A stretch of DNA of 64,000 bases from Patescibacteria group bacterium (GCA_041670805.1 JBAXYM010000001.1:29612-93611), one strand, 5' to 3'; positions 28,150 to 39,348 are shown, counted from the stretch's first letter. Numbers and translations: made by a program. The notes: a model not told the origin generated them from the sequence alone.

Positions 28150-28947
28150 ATGTCAAAAGTTTTTGTAACAACCAGCTGGGACGACGGACACAAACTGGAT
28201 CTCAAGCTCGTCGAACTCTTGCGAAAATATGATCTGAAAGGAACTCTGTATATTTCGCCGGAAAATCGGGAATTCCAAAAAGAGGATTTGCTGAGCGATT
28301 TTCAAATCAGGAAGCTCTCTCAAGAATTTGAGATTGGCGCGCACACAATGACTCATCCACGACTGGGAAAAATCAGCGCGCAAGAAGCGGACAAAGAAAT
28401 TCGGGAATCAAAAGAATATCTGGAGAAGCTTTTGGAAAAACCGGTGGCAAGTTTTTGCTATCCCGGAGGAAGCTACTCGTTTCTTAATGCCCGGCAAGTC
28501 AGAAAGCACGGATTTGCTCTGGCGCGCACCGTAAATCGTTTCAGCCTGAACGCGGGCGATAATCCGTTTGAGCTGCCCGTCAGCCTTCACACTTACAGCC
28601 ATCGTTCGGACGCGCTCAAGATAATTCGCTTCGCCAAATTTGACCCCGTCAAAACGCTGATTTACTACAAGCATTGGGAAATCCTCGGCATGACAATGTT
28701 TGACAAAATCAAGGAGGAAGGCGGCGTGTTTCATATCTGGGGGCACAGCTGGGAAATCGAGGAGTGCCATTTTTGGGAACGTTTGGAAAAAATTTTTGCG
28801 CACATCAGCGGATACGGCGATGTCGAATATGTAACTAACGGAGAATTATATGAGCGGACAAAAAACAATTTTGATTACAGCCCCGTACTTTCCTCCCGAA
28901 GGCGGGGGCTTGGAGAGGTACGCGCTTCAAGCGGCGCAATTTCTTAA
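28150..28947 (+). CDS. Polysaccharide deacetylase (CE4/NodB-like)
   Basis: TTSWDDG, EIGAHTMTHP, FCYPGG, WGHSWE. Confidence 0.9.
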   Translation: MSKVFVTTSWDDGHKLDLKLVELLRKYDLKGTLYISPENREFQKEDLLSDFQIRKLSQEFEIGAHTMTHPRLGKISAQEADKEIRESKEYLEKLLEKPVASFCYPGGSYSFLNARQVRKHGFALARTVNRFSLNAGDNPFELPVSLHTYSHRSDALKIIRFAKFDPVKTLIYYKHWEILGMTMFDKIKEEGGVFHIWGHSWEIEECHFWERLEKIFAHISGYGDVEYVTNGELYERTKNNFDYSPVLSSRRRGLGEVRASSGAIS

Positions 28948-29989
28948 TCGCGATTACGGATGGCGGGTGGCGGTGATATGCGCGAATGAAAATCCGGGAA
29001 AGGACCGCACGGAAAAGACGGAAGGTCTGACGGTATATCGTCTCGGTCGGGATGCCAAGCTTTCCAATACGCCGTTCGGTTTCGGATGGTCCGGCAAAAT
29101 CAGACGGATTATCGCAGACGAAAAACCGGATGTCATAAACATACATACGCCGGTTCCGGGACTGGGAGATCTGGCTTCTTTCGCGGGAAGAAACATTCCG
29201 CAAGTGATCACATATCATACCGGCAGTATGCGCAAAGGAAATTATTTGGATATATTCATTTTACCGTATGAAAAAGTCGCGCTTAAGTTTATGCTCCGGC
29301 GCGCCAAAGCCGTCGTTTGCTCCTCTGATTTTGTCCGTACGGATTTTCTGAAAAAATATATGAGCAAAAGCGAAACGATCACCCCGGGAGTGGACACGGA
29401 ATTCTTTGCTCCCAATCCCAAGGTTTGCGCTCAGGATCCCACGGTACTTTTTGCGGCGAGTTTGGCAAGAGGACAGGAACATAAAGGGCTAAAAACTTTG
29501 CTCGACGCGATCAAGATCTTGAAGGAAGAATTTTCAAATATTAAACTTATTGTTGCCGGCGACGGAGATCTTAAAAACAAATATGAATCTTACGCGAAAC
29601 AAAACAATTTGAAGGCGAGTGTGGAATTTAGGGGAAAATTGCAAGGACAAGAACTGCCGGAAGCATATCGGAAAGCAAACCTTTTTGCGCTTCCCACGGC
29701 GAGCGACAGTCAGCCGCTGGTGATTTTGGAGGCAATGGCCGCCGGACTGCCAATCGTGAGCACTCGCATCGGCGGAATTCCCAATATGATTGAGGACGGC
29801 GAGGAAGGATTTCTCATCGAGCCTCATAATCCGCAAGTTTTAGCGAACAAGATAGGGGAGTTACTCCGAGATCCGCAGTTGCGAGAAAAGTTTTCCGAAG
29901 CGGCAAGGGAACGGGCGATAAAAGATTTCAGCTGGCAAAAAAGAATGGAAAAATATAATGAAATATTGGAGAAGGCGATTGGGGAATAG
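28850..29989 (+). CDS. GT4 glycosyltransferase
   Basis: YFPPEGGGLE, HKGL, VILEAMAAGLPIVSTRIGGIP. Confidence 0.9.
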   Translation: MSGQKTILITAPYFPPEGGGLERYALQAAQFLNRDYGWRVAVICANENPGKDRTEKTEGLTVYRLGRDAKLSNTPFGFGWSGKIRRIIADEKPDVINIHTPVPGLGDLASFAGRNIPQVITYHTGSMRKGNYLDIFILPYEKVALKFMLRRAKAVVCSSDFVRTDFLKKYMSKSETITPGVDTEFFAPNPKVCAQDPTVLFAASLARGQEHKGLKTLLDAIKILKEEFSNIKLIVAGDGDLKNKYESYAKQNNLKASVEFRGKLQGQELPEAYRKANLFALPTASDSQPLVILEAMAAGLPIVSTRIGGIPNMIEDGEEGFLIEPHNPQVLANKIGELLRDPQLREKFSEAARERAIKDFSWQKRMEKYNEILEKAIGE

Positions 29990-30050
29990 GAGTGACATCG
30001 GGTTTTATGCCGGATTAACTTCATCCGTTACATAATCATTTTACATTTAT

Positions 30051-30088
30051 CCCCCCCACTCCGACCCTCTCCCGATTAGGAGAGAGAG
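30051..30088. repeat. CCCCCACTCCGACCCTCTCC-type palindrome, single degenerate copy
   Basis: Resembles the widespread CCCTCACCCCNNCCCTCTCCC..GGGAGAGGG element. Confidence 0.5.
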
Positions 30089-30130
30089 AAGATCCAAATA
30101 CTTTACAATTAGATAAAATTATTAATTTGT

Positions 30131-32479
30131 ATGAAAATACTTTTCCTGACATCCGGAAGCGTTCGCAGTAATTTCACCTATCGTGCGCTCAGCCTCGCTC
30201 AAGAACTTAAGCGGTTGGGGCACGAAACGGCGATCGTTTGCCCGCGCGCGGACAAATACAACGGATTTAAAGCAGAGAAAATTTATGAATTGGACGGCGT
30301 GAAAGTTTTGCAGCCGTGGCAATTCGCAACCAAAAGAATGGAAATCAATTTGTTCCCATATATTTTTGGCGCGCTCTTTCTCACGCTCAAGGAAAAGCCG
30401 GATATGGTTTATATCTACAAACCGACTCCGATCAGCATCGTGGGTTTGGCGGCAAAATTTTTGAGGAGAACTCCGGTCATTCTGGATATGGATGATTTGG
30501 GAAGCGAAGTGATGAAGATTGAAGGACACCCGAAACGGCAGCAAAAATTGGTGGAATGGTGCGAAAAAGCCGCAGGTAAATATGCCGATCGCATCGTGGT
30601 TGCATCGAGCTATCTTTTTAATAAATATAAAAAAGAATTTCCGCAAAAGCCTGTTCATCTGATGCCCAACGGCATCGACAAGAACTGGTTCGCTCCCGTT
30701 TGCGCTTCCGACAAGAGAAAGCGAATAGTTTATATGGGATCGGTCAACCGTAAAAATATCGTCGAGCCGCTTTTTGACGCCCTCCCCTTGATTATCGAAA
30801 AGCACCCCGATGCCGAACTGCTTTTTATGGGCGACGGAAAATATCTTGATTATTTCAAGGACAAGAGCCGGAACTTGGGCATTGACAAACATATAGTTTT
30901 CACGGGCTGGCTGGAATTGGAAAAGGCGCGAGAGAATCTCAAGGCGGGCGATTTGGGCTACGGTTTTATGCCGGACGACATTACCACCCGGGCCGCCAGC
31001 AATATGAAAACTCCGCAATATATGATAAGGGGAGTTGTGCCTTTTGTCAGCTTTACCGGCGATCTGCCAAAAATGGTAAATGAAGGTGAAGCCGGATATA
31101 TCGCCGAGAGCGAAAAATTGGAAGACATTGCGACGGAAATTCTGCGTGCTTTGGAGGATCCGGAGAGAAAAAGCGTTAAGGCGGAGACGGCGCGCGCTTT
31201 TGCGGCGGAGAATTTCAACTGGGAAAAACTGGCGAAAGATTTTGACAACTGGGCACTTCCCAAAACTGCGGCGAAAACAATTGACAGTAAAAAGATATTT
31301 TTTGTAAGCGCCAACGTTCCCGCCAATGTCGGCGGGCAGGAAATACGCAATCTCTATCTCTTGCGCAGTCTGATAAAAAGCGGCAAGCAAGCGAAATTAT
31401 TCTGCATCGCGGGCGACAAAGACGCTGCGGCCGTAAAAAATTTGCAGACAGAATCGGGTTTGCCGATTGTAAGCGTCAGCCCGGCTCCGAATTCACTCGC
31501 TCTCAAATTGCGCGCGCTGTTCATAAACCGCATGCAGCCTTTTATGGATGAATATCGCTTCAGCGGTTTGGGAAAAAAAATCCGCGCGCAGGTGAAAGCG
31601 GAACTTCCGGCAGTCATCCATCTGGAACAGATCGAGGCTTACTATATTATCCGTCCGCACGTCAAATATCTCAAAAAGAGAGGCGTCAAAATTGTTCTGG
31701 ATGCGCACAACGTGGAGGCGGAGGCTTTCAAAGGCGCGATTGAAACCTTTTCTTTTCGAAAAAAGTTGGCGGGAAAATTCCTGTTGCCAAAATTGCGCAG
31801 ATTGGAAATCGAAGCGGCGAAAAATGCGGATGCCGTCTTTGCTTGCTCACAAACCGATGCGGCGTATTTTAGAAAATATAACCGGAAAGTTTATCTGATC
31901 GCCAACGGAACGGACTGTCGGACTTTCCGACCGACATTTGATAAAAAAGAAACCGCACTCGTCTTCATAGGCGGCACGGCATATGCTCCCAACGCCGACG
32001 CGCTCAAATTTTATCTCAAAGAAATTCATCCTCGCGTGAAAACTTCCATTCCCGACGCGCGACTTTTCGCCATTGGCGCAACCGAAGATTATCTCAAAAA
32101 AAACGGGCTTGAAGATACTTCGGTCAGCGCTCCGGGATTTGTCGATAACATTGGCCCTTATCTCGAAAAGGCTGCCGTCGGTATCTGCCCCGTTCGCCAA
32201 GGTTCAGGCACCCGGCTTAAAGTATTGACTTTTATGGCTTCGGGGCTGGCAGTCGTTTCCACAAGCAAGGGCACGGAAGGCATCAATTACACCGATCAAG
32301 AAAATATCAAAATCGCCGACACAGCTGACGAATTTGCGAAGAATATCATTGATCTTCTTAACAATAAGCCTGCGCGGGAAGCGATGGGAAAGAAAGCGCG
32401 CGACTTGATGATTAAAGAATACGATTGGGATATAATCGGAAAAAATATCGACGCGGCTTATCGGGAAATATTAGTTTGA
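30131..32479 (+). CDS. Tandem double-GT4 glycosyltransferase
   Basis: Two GT-B units (MPNGID...NMKTPQYM; IANGTD...GSGTRLKVLTFMASG). Confidence 0.85.
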   Translation: MKILFLTSGSVRSNFTYRALSLAQELKRLGHETAIVCPRADKYNGFKAEKIYELDGVKVLQPWQFATKRMEINLFPYIFGALFLTLKEKPDMVYIYKPTPISIVGLAAKFLRRTPVILDMDDLGSEVMKIEGHPKRQQKLVEWCEKAAGKYADRIVVASSYLFNKYKKEFPQKPVHLMPNGIDKNWFAPVCASDKRKRIVYMGSVNRKNIVEPLFDALPLIIEKHPDAELLFMGDGKYLDYFKDKSRNLGIDKHIVFTGWLELEKARENLKAGDLGYGFMPDDITTRAASNMKTPQYMIRGVVPFVSFTGDLPKMVNEGEAGYIAESEKLEDIATEILRALEDPERKSVKAETARAFAAENFNWEKLAKDFDNWALPKTAAKTIDSKKIFFVSANVPANVGGQEIRNLYLLRSLIKSGKQAKLFCIAGDKDAAAVKNLQTESGLPIVSVSPAPNSLALKLRALFINRMQPFMDEYRFSGLGKKIRAQVKAELPAVIHLEQIEAYYIIRPHVKYLKKRGVKIVLDAHNVEAEAFKGAIETFSFRKKLAGKFLLPKLRRLEIEAAKNADAVFACSQTDAAYFRKYNRKVYLIANGTDCRTFRPTFDKKETALVFIGGTAYAPNADALKFYLKEIHPRVKTSIPDARLFAIGATEDYLKKNGLEDTSVSAPGFVDNIGPYLEKAAVGICPVRQGSGTRLKVLTFMASGLAVVSTSKGTEGINYTDQENIKIADTADEFAKNIIDLLNNKPAREAMGKKARDLMIKEYDWDIIGKNIDAAYREILV

Positions 32480-32486
32480 TTTATTC

Positions 32487-32722
32487 AGAACTCACGCGTT
32501 TAGCTTGTCGTTGCCGAGAAGGTGTTCCTGTTAAAAGAAACAATCAATACTTGTCATTTCGAAATGAGGTACTCCGATTGAGAAATCTAGGAATGATACT
32601 ATGCAAATATCATCTTACTGTAAAAATAATACTAACAAAGTCTCGTGCATTTCCCAGATCTCTCAGTCGAGTACTCCTTCGAGATGACAAATTATTGTTT
32701 GAATCATAAAACGCGCATAATC
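32487..32722. mobile_element. Degenerate MITE-like element carrying a GTCATTTCGA...TCGAGATGAC palindrome pair
   Basis: Left end AGAACTCACGCGTTTAGCTTGT shared with 43721; inner CCAGATCTCTCAGTCGAGTACTCCTTCGAGATGAC also at ~43973-44007. Confidence 0.65.
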
Positions 32723-32755
32723 CAAAAAGGGGGAAGCTTCAATTCTATCAAACAT

Positions 32756-35098
32756 ATGGCAAAATCATTCATAAAAAAAATACTTATTTATCTTGCCGGA
32801 TTGATTGTGGTCAATTTTGTCGTGCTAACAAGGAATGATTTTATTTTTCTGGGCACATTTTTTACTTTTGCCTACATAATGTCGGCTCCGGGATTGATTG
32901 TGCTGCCTTTTTTCTCGGAGAAAAAATTGCCGTATGCTTTGGGGTTGGCGTTGGGGGGATCTTTGAGCGCTCTTCTCCTTATGCTTCTGGGGCTTGTCTC
33001 AAATATGCTCTTGCCTTTTTTGGGGAACGGGCGACCGTTGGAAACTTTGCCGCTTCTTGCCGCGCTGGATATATTTATGCTGATAATGCTGATTTTGGCT
33101 TACGCCGCCAAAAAAGATTTTGTGCTGGAAAAACCGGAGCTTCATTTGTCCGACAAATTGATAATTTTTTTCGCTTTTCTTCTTCCCGTTTTGGCGGCAG
33201 CGGGCGCGGTTGTCCTGACCAATGGAGGTACGAATATGATTGCAATGGCAGTCATCGCCCTGATTGCCGTCTTGGCGATGCTTGCAGTCGGCGGCAAGGC
33301 CAAACTTGAAACCTCGTCTTTCGCCGTCCTGCTCTACGGAATAACCGTCGCGATTCTATTGATGACTTCCATGCGCGGCTATTTTCTGACCGGACATGAC
33401 GTGCAATTGGAATATCAAATATTCTCGCTGACCAACCGGCTCAAGCTTTGGGACATAAGCAATTTCGAAGATGCTTACAATGCATGCTTGAGCATAACCA
33501 TTCTGCCCACTTATTTGCAGAGCATTTTGCATGTCCAAGATTTTTATATCTACAAATTTTTCTTCCAGTTTATCAACGGTCTTTTGGCGGTGGTTATTTT
33601 CTATCTGGCGCGCCACTTTTCCACCGACAAAACGGCCTTTCTGTCCGCACTTCTCTATGTCACTTTTCCCACTTTTATCGTTGATATGGCGATGCTCAAC
33701 CGACAGGGGATGGCGCTCCTTTTCTTCGGCGCGCTCTTCTTCGTGTTGCTGACAGACGAATTTTTTGCGGGAAGAAAGCGCAGTTTATTGCTCGTGCTTT
33801 TCGGAACGGGAATGATTCTCTCGCATTATTCCACTTCCTACATCGCCGTTGCCATGCTCGCGGGCGGATATGTTTTGAATATTCTGATGCGCTTTTTCTT
33901 TTCGATAAAGAGAGTGCAAAAAATTTCCTTTCTGGACATTACAGCCGTAAATGCCGAGAGAAGCAGAAGGTCTAATCTGCTGCAACTGCCGGTTGCTGTT
34001 ATTTTAATATGCGTATTGGCGATTTGGACCGGACCGGTGACGAAGACTTCGCAGAATTTAACGCAAACGGCGGGAAAGATTGTTACCAGCCTGGAAAATC
34101 CGTTTCAAAAAGACGAAAACGACACCGGACCTCAAAAGTACGGGCTCAACAATGCAAAACAATTGAGCAAGGATGAACTTTTTAAGCTTTTTATGCAAGA
34201 AGCGGTTGCAACGAGTAGAAAAGACTCCGGTGAGGAAGACTTTTATTCCAAGGAAACAACACAGAAGTACAAAGAATCTCCGATTGATGAGCCTATGCTT
34301 GCGTTAACTCCCGCCGGGAAAAAAATCCAAGAAACACTGGACGCGCCTCTGAAGGGTTTATATAATGAAACCAAACAGTTCTACGCCAAGATAATGCAGA
34401 TTTTTATTTTTCTCGGACTTTTGGGACTGCTACTCGGGCGCAAATTTAACGGACATCTCAAACGGGACGTGCCGATGGAGTTTATCGCTCTTGGCGGCGC
34501 GGGTGTCTTTGTGATGGCGATGCAAATGATTTTGCCGCAAAGCGTAATCGATTACGGACTCCTGCGGCTCTTCCAGCAGAATTTGGTGCTGCTGGCGCTC
34601 CCTGTTACCATGGGATTTTTGGCCGCTTTCGGCATGATCGCGCGCAAGCGAAAGACGCACTTCGTACTTTTTGGCGGATTCTTGATGGCGTTTTTCCTTA
34701 TCCTCTCCGGTTTTATTCCGCAGCTGACCGGCGGCAGCAGACCGATGCTGACGCTCAACAACAGCGGTTTTTACTATGACGCCTATTTCATTCATGGCGG
34801 GGAAATGGATGCATTCCTCTGGCTCAAGGGGCAAGGCATTGACCTGCCCGTACAAAGCGATATGTATTTTTCCAACGTGCGGTTGCTTACTTACAGCGAC
34901 ATTGGAGCTCGCCCCAGAATCTTGCCGGAGACCACTCTCAAAGACAGCATAGTTTATCAGAGCTATACCAACAGCGTAAAAGGAAGCGCGATTGAGTTCA
35001 TTGACGGCGACGTACTATATTACACACTGCCGACAAAATTTTTCGACGACAATAAAAATTTGATCTACAGCAGCGGTCAGTCAAAAGTTTACAAATAA
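32756..35098 (+). CDS. DUF2206-like polytopic membrane protein (GT-C/polymerase-like)
   Basis: Many TMs; GHDVQLEY, YNACLSITILP, RQGMA, SHYSTSY; start moved to ATG 32756 because the upstream part is repeat-derived. Confidence 0.7.
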   Translation: MAKSFIKKILIYLAGLIVVNFVVLTRNDFIFLGTFFTFAYIMSAPGLIVLPFFSEKKLPYALGLALGGSLSALLLMLLGLVSNMLLPFLGNGRPLETLPLLAALDIFMLIMLILAYAAKKDFVLEKPELHLSDKLIIFFAFLLPVLAAAGAVVLTNGGTNMIAMAVIALIAVLAMLAVGGKAKLETSSFAVLLYGITVAILLMTSMRGYFLTGHDVQLEYQIFSLTNRLKLWDISNFEDAYNACLSITILPTYLQSILHVQDFYIYKFFFQFINGLLAVVIFYLARHFSTDKTAFLSALLYVTFPTFIVDMAMLNRQGMALLFFGALFFVLLTDEFFAGRKRSLLLVLFGTGMILSHYSTSYIAVAMLAGGYVLNILMRFFFSIKRVQKISFLDITAVNAERSRRSNLLQLPVAVILICVLAIWTGPVTKTSQNLTQTAGKIVTSLENPFQKDENDTGPQKYGLNNAKQLSKDELFKLFMQEAVATSRKDSGEEDFYSKETTQKYKESPIDEPMLALTPAGKKIQETLDAPLKGLYNETKQFYAKIMQIFIFLGLLGLLLGRKFNGHLKRDVPMEFIALGGAGVFVMAMQMILPQSVIDYGLLRLFQQNLVLLALPVTMGFLAAFGMIARKRKTHFVLFGGFLMAFFLILSGFIPQLTGGSRPMLTLNNSGFYYDAYFIHGGEMDAFLWLKGQGIDLPVQSDMYFSNVRLLTYSDIGARPRILPETTLKDSIVYQSYTNSVKGSAIEFIDGDVLYYTLPTKFFDDNKNLIYSSGQSKVYK

Positions 35099-35176
35099 AA
35101 AGACGGCAGAGATAAAAATGTGGTAAAATAAATAATATCGGAGTACGTCGTTGATAACACTAATTCAAAAAACCGA

Positions 35177-36358
35177 ATGAAAATATTGATGCTCAACAAT
35201 TTGGCGACAACGCATGGCGGCGCGGAGGCGATGATCGCTCAGCTTCGGCGTGGACTGGAAAAGGAAGGGCATCAAGTTCGCATCCTTTGCGGCAGCCGGC
35301 AAGGCAACGGCAAAAAAATTGCGGATGCCACATTTTTGGTTCCAAAAGAGGGGAGCTTGGCTTTGCAGCTTATGCATCTTTTTAATCCCTTCGCTTTTCT
35401 GGCACTACGAAAAGAACTGCGGGATTTCCGACCCGACGTGGTGCATTTGCATACCGTTTCCAAATCCTCGCCTTTTATTCTCTTGCCGCTTAAGAAATTT
35501 CCTACAGTCCTGACTATGCACGACCAAAGTTTGTTCGACCCGACCCGCGTTTCCGACTTGCCGCTAATCGAACCGTATCGCGAAACTTTTGCCGATTATT
35601 TTATCGATAAGCCTTCTGCGCGTTTTTATGCGGAGAAGCTGCGTTTCTTTATTCTGCGCCGCTTGGCCAAAAACGTCGATACCGTACTGGCATGCAGTGA
35701 TTTTTACGCGGATTGCGCCCGCAACTCCGGCATTTTTTCAAACATCAAAACATTGCACAACGGAACGGTTCTTCTGCCCCCGTCTCGCATAGAAAACTCC
35801 AAAGTCATTCTTTTTGTCGGAAGGCTCAGCGAAGAAAAGGGAGTACCCGTTTTGCTTGAGGCTGTGGCGTTACTGAAAAAGAAGCACCCCGACATGCAAC
35901 TTCATATCGTCGGCGACGGACAACAGGTGGAGGAACTGAAAAAAGAAACAGTACGATTGCAAATGGAAAACATCGTCCGGTTCTTGGGGCATAAATCCTC
36001 CCAGGAGATAGCCGAACTTTATAAACAATCGTCTCTGGTGGCGGTGCCGTCACTTTGTCCCGACAACTTGCCGACGGTCTGTATGGAAGCGATGTCAGTC
36101 GGCAGGCCGATAGTCGCAAGCAGGATAGGCGGAGTGCCCGAACTCGTAGACAATGAGAAAACGGGATTCTTGGTTCCTCCCAACGATGTCGGCGCACTGT
36201 CCGGCGGCATCGACCGGCTTTTGTCCGATCCTGGGCTTATGCAAAACATGGGAGAGGCGGGAAGAGAAAAAGCGGAGAAAGAATTTGACGAAAAAATATA
36301 TGTGAAAAATACGCTTGCGCAATATAATCTTTTAATCAATAAATATCAAAACGTATGA
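35177..36358 (+). CDS. GT4 glycosyltransferase
   Basis: HGGAE, FVGRLSEEKG, EAMSVGRPIVASRIGGVPE. Confidence 0.92.
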   Translation: MKILMLNNLATTHGGAEAMIAQLRRGLEKEGHQVRILCGSRQGNGKKIADATFLVPKEGSLALQLMHLFNPFAFLALRKELRDFRPDVVHLHTVSKSSPFILLPLKKFPTVLTMHDQSLFDPTRVSDLPLIEPYRETFADYFIDKPSARFYAEKLRFFILRRLAKNVDTVLACSDFYADCARNSGIFSNIKTLHNGTVLLPPSRIENSKVILFVGRLSEEKGVPVLLEAVALLKKKHPDMQLHIVGDGQQVEELKKETVRLQMENIVRFLGHKSSQEIAELYKQSSLVAVPSLCPDNLPTVCMEAMSVGRPIVASRIGGVPELVDNEKTGFLVPPNDVGALSGGIDRLLSDPGLMQNMGEAGREKAEKEFDEKIYVKNTLAQYNLLINKYQNV

Positions 36359-37650
36359 AAATAGTGATTGCCAATGCTTATGCCAAAGGGAGCGGGGGGG
36401 ACATGGCCATACTGGCGGTTCTCATCGCGGAGCTTCGCCGCGTGTTCGACAATCCTGACATAACAGTCGCCACTATCGACAAAAATTCCAATATGGAACC
36501 GCTTTTTCCGGACGTGCGTTTCGTGTCTTCTTTGATTACGACCATTTGGGACGAAGATTCCCCCAACCGCATCGCCAAATTATATTCTCTGATTAAAAAT
36601 GGATTCTCGACGATCTTATGGGGCTTGTGCTACAAATACGGTAAAAAACGTCCCGATTGGTTGTTGCAAAATTCCGAAAAGGAAACGATGAATAGAATGG
36701 CCGACGCAGACCTCGTCGTGGGCGTGGGAGGCGGATACATCCGGGAGATTCCGGGATTTTTGAGGATTATGGATCTTTGCCTCACACTGAGAATGCTTTA
36801 TTTGAGCCAAATGATGGGCAAACTGACCGTGCTTCATTCCCAGTCGATAGGTCCTTTCGGCAATAAATATCAAGAAAAATTGGCAGGCTACGTGCTGCGC
36901 CGCATGCAATTTATTGTCACCCGCGAATCTATCAGCCTGAAACTCTTGGAAAAAATGGGTGTCAAAAAAGAGTTGACAATGGATTCCGTGGATGCCGCTT
37001 TTTTGGTGCGCAAACAAAATCTTGCGCCAAACCCTCTGCCTGAAGAATTTACATCGATTGAGAGAAATCATTCCGGTCCGCTGATCGGAGTTACCGTCCG
37101 CAACTGGCTTAGCGAAAAAGCTCAGAAACGATACGAAGAAGAAATGGCAACCGCGCTTGATCGTATCGCTGAAAAGTATGATGCGCGTATCGTATTCATT
37201 CCGCAAACGACCGTTGAAAGAAATGAAGACGATGATCGTGTCGTACAGAAAAGAATCTTCGAAAAGATGCGACAAAAAAATCGCGCCGTATGTTTGGATG
37301 GCTCCTATGATTATCAAACGCTGCTGAGCATCTATGCAAACTTGGATTTTCTCATAGGCACCAGATTCCATTCCGTCATTTTCTCTCTGACCGCCGAGAT
37401 ACCGACGCTGGTAATCGCTTACGAACATAAGGCGGATGGAATTATGAAAGATCTCGGGCTTGATGAGTGGGTGATAAAAATGGAGAACGTCGACAGCCCG
37501 TCCATTGCCGACGCTTTTACCAAACTGTATGAAGAAAAAGACGCGTACTGCGAACACCTGAAAAAGGCTCTTCCCGGCTATATCGCCAGAGCCGAAAAAT
37601 CCGTAGAAAGAATAAAAGAGGTCTACCTATCCCACGAACGCCCTCTTTAA
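36355..37650 (+). CDS. Polysaccharide pyruvyl transferase (WcaK-like)
   Basis: GGDMAIL, QSIGPF, TRESIS, GTRFHSVIFS, AYEHK. Confidence 0.88.
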   Translation: MKIVIANAYAKGSGGDMAILAVLIAELRRVFDNPDITVATIDKNSNMEPLFPDVRFVSSLITTIWDEDSPNRIAKLYSLIKNGFSTILWGLCYKYGKKRPDWLLQNSEKETMNRMADADLVVGVGGGYIREIPGFLRIMDLCLTLRMLYLSQMMGKLTVLHSQSIGPFGNKYQEKLAGYVLRRMQFIVTRESISLKLLEKMGVKKELTMDSVDAAFLVRKQNLAPNPLPEEFTSIERNHSGPLIGVTVRNWLSEKAQKRYEEEMATALDRIAEKYDARIVFIPQTTVERNEDDDRVVQKRIFEKMRQKNRAVCLDGSYDYQTLLSIYANLDFLIGTRFHSVIFSLTAEIPTLVIAYEHKADGIMKDLGLDEWVIKMENVDSPSIADAFTKLYEEKDAYCEHLKKALPGYIARAEKSVERIKEVYLSHERPL

Positions 37651-38922
37651 TTGCTTGCGATAAAAAATGATGAAGCAAAAACTGAGAAACGCTTGTCCGC
37701 CCAGAAGCGCCCAAGCGATACCCGGCGTGCCGTATAAAGGAGCCAGAACATAAAGAAGCCCTACGGTGGCGACGCAATAAATAATATGAATAAGGATGTA
37801 TTCTTTCATCTGATGCTTGATTTTCATAATGGTAGAACCGATCAAGGCAATCGCCAGAAAGATGCCGGTTAGCGACATTATCTGCAACAGCTGATAGCTG
37901 TTAGTCGAATATTCTTTCCCAAAGATAAGGAGGATATATTTTCCGAAAACAAACACAGCCAGAATTGCGGGAACAAGAAGTTCTATGATGAGCTTTATCG
38001 CTTTTTTTACGAAAATGGCAAAATCTTTCTCCTGAAAAGAGCCTTCCGCAAAAAGTGATTGCGTGATAGCTTGCGGAATGATATAGATAAGCGCGATGAT
38101 AGTGGAGGCGATGTTGAAATATGCTGCGTCTTTCTCGCCTATTTCATTGAAAATAAAAATGGGAACAAGAAATCCCGGAAGGCTGGCAACAATACCCGCA
38201 CTGTAGCTTGCCATAGAGAAATGGGATGCCTGCCTGACGAAATCACGTTCAATGACCGGTTGCAGACGATAATCGAATTTACGCGCCATAAAAAAGACGC
38301 TGAGAAAAAGCGAAACGATAACGGCACCGGTATAAGAAAAGAAAATTCCATAGGCGCCCAGAGAGATCAGAAAAAGAGGCAGAGCGATTTTGGTAAGTCC
38401 GAAAAAAGTATAGACAATAAGGTTGTATTTAGCGAGACGGTAGGCGACAAAGACGCTATCAGTCAAAGAATTAAGGGAGACGACCACCATAAAAATAACG
38501 AAAAGTATCGCATAAAGAGGATTTTCAACGAGCATATGATATTTGGGGGTAAAATAATCAATGCCCAAAAGATATATGACGGAAGCTGCCGCCGTAGTAA
38601 TGGCTACCACCGTCATCGCGGTGTTTATAACCTGATTGGCGTTGCGTGATTGCGCAAGGTAACGAACCAAAGCCGAATTGAGTCCGAATAAACTCCAACT
38701 GGAAATAACCACGGTAACGGAGATGAGGGTAGTGGCGAAACCTATCTCGTCGGAATTGTAAAAATGCGTGGTAATAACCCAAAAAATAAATCCGAAACCT
38801 GCCATTACACCGGTGGAAAGCATAATATAAACGGAATTGCGAAAAAGGCTGTCACTTGAAAAAAGCGACCAAAGCTCCTTCGCCATTTGAACCGGACTCA
38901 AATTTTTGCCTTTTATTTTCAT
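37627..38922 (-). CDS. Oligosaccharide flippase (Wzx/RfbX)
   Basis: LFRNS...GFGFIFW, multi-TM, IFGKEYS; start placed at ATG 38922. Confidence 0.85.
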   Translation of the reverse strand: MKIKGKNLSPVQMAKELWSLFSSDSLFRNSVYIMLSTGVMAGFGFIFWVITTHFYNSDEIGFATTLISVTVVISSWSLFGLNSALVRYLAQSRNANQVINTAMTVVAITTAAASVIYLLGIDYFTPKYHMLVENPLYAILFVIFMVVVSLNSLTDSVFVAYRLAKYNLIVYTFFGLTKIALPLFLISLGAYGIFFSYTGAVIVSLFLSVFFMARKFDYRLQPVIERDFVRQASHFSMASYSAGIVASLPGFLVPIFIFNEIGEKDAAYFNIASTIIALIYIIPQAITQSLFAEGSFQEKDFAIFVKKAIKLIIELLVPAILAVFVFGKYILLIFGKEYSTNSYQLLQIMSLTGIFLAIALIGSTIMKIKHQMKEYILIHIIYCVATVGLLYVLAPLYGTPGIAWALLGGQAFLSFCFIIFYRKQLKRAFVG

Positions 38923-39041
38923 ATAAAATGTTAGCGTATAAAAACCGAACTTCTGCTGTAATAATAGTCGATATTCATCTTTTTGCCAATCTTTTTTGGA
39001 GAACACGAAAATTTTTCCCCGTCCGTCGTCTGATCGTTAAG

Positions 39042-39260
39042 GATAAAATCAATCTTTATTTGTCATTCCGGAATTTCGGTACTCCGAAATATCCGGAATC
39101 CCGTAACTATGCAAGGCAAGTACTATCTGATGTATTTTGAATTTATGGATTTCGGTTCACACCAGAAATGGTGTGAACCACGCGGGACAGAACGTTCTTA
39201 CGTAGCATTCCACATCATTTCTGGTGTGGTCCGGATGCAAAGCTGTATTTCTGATTGATT
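39042..39260. repeat. Composite A+B repeat, right flank of the glycan locus
   Basis: Direct repeat of 25283-25511. Confidence 0.9.
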
Positions 39261-39348
39261 CGGGTACTTCAGGTACTTCACTTGACAAATCATATAAAAG
39301 TGATAAAATAATCGGTTACGCTAAATTTAATCAAATTAAGCCATTTTT

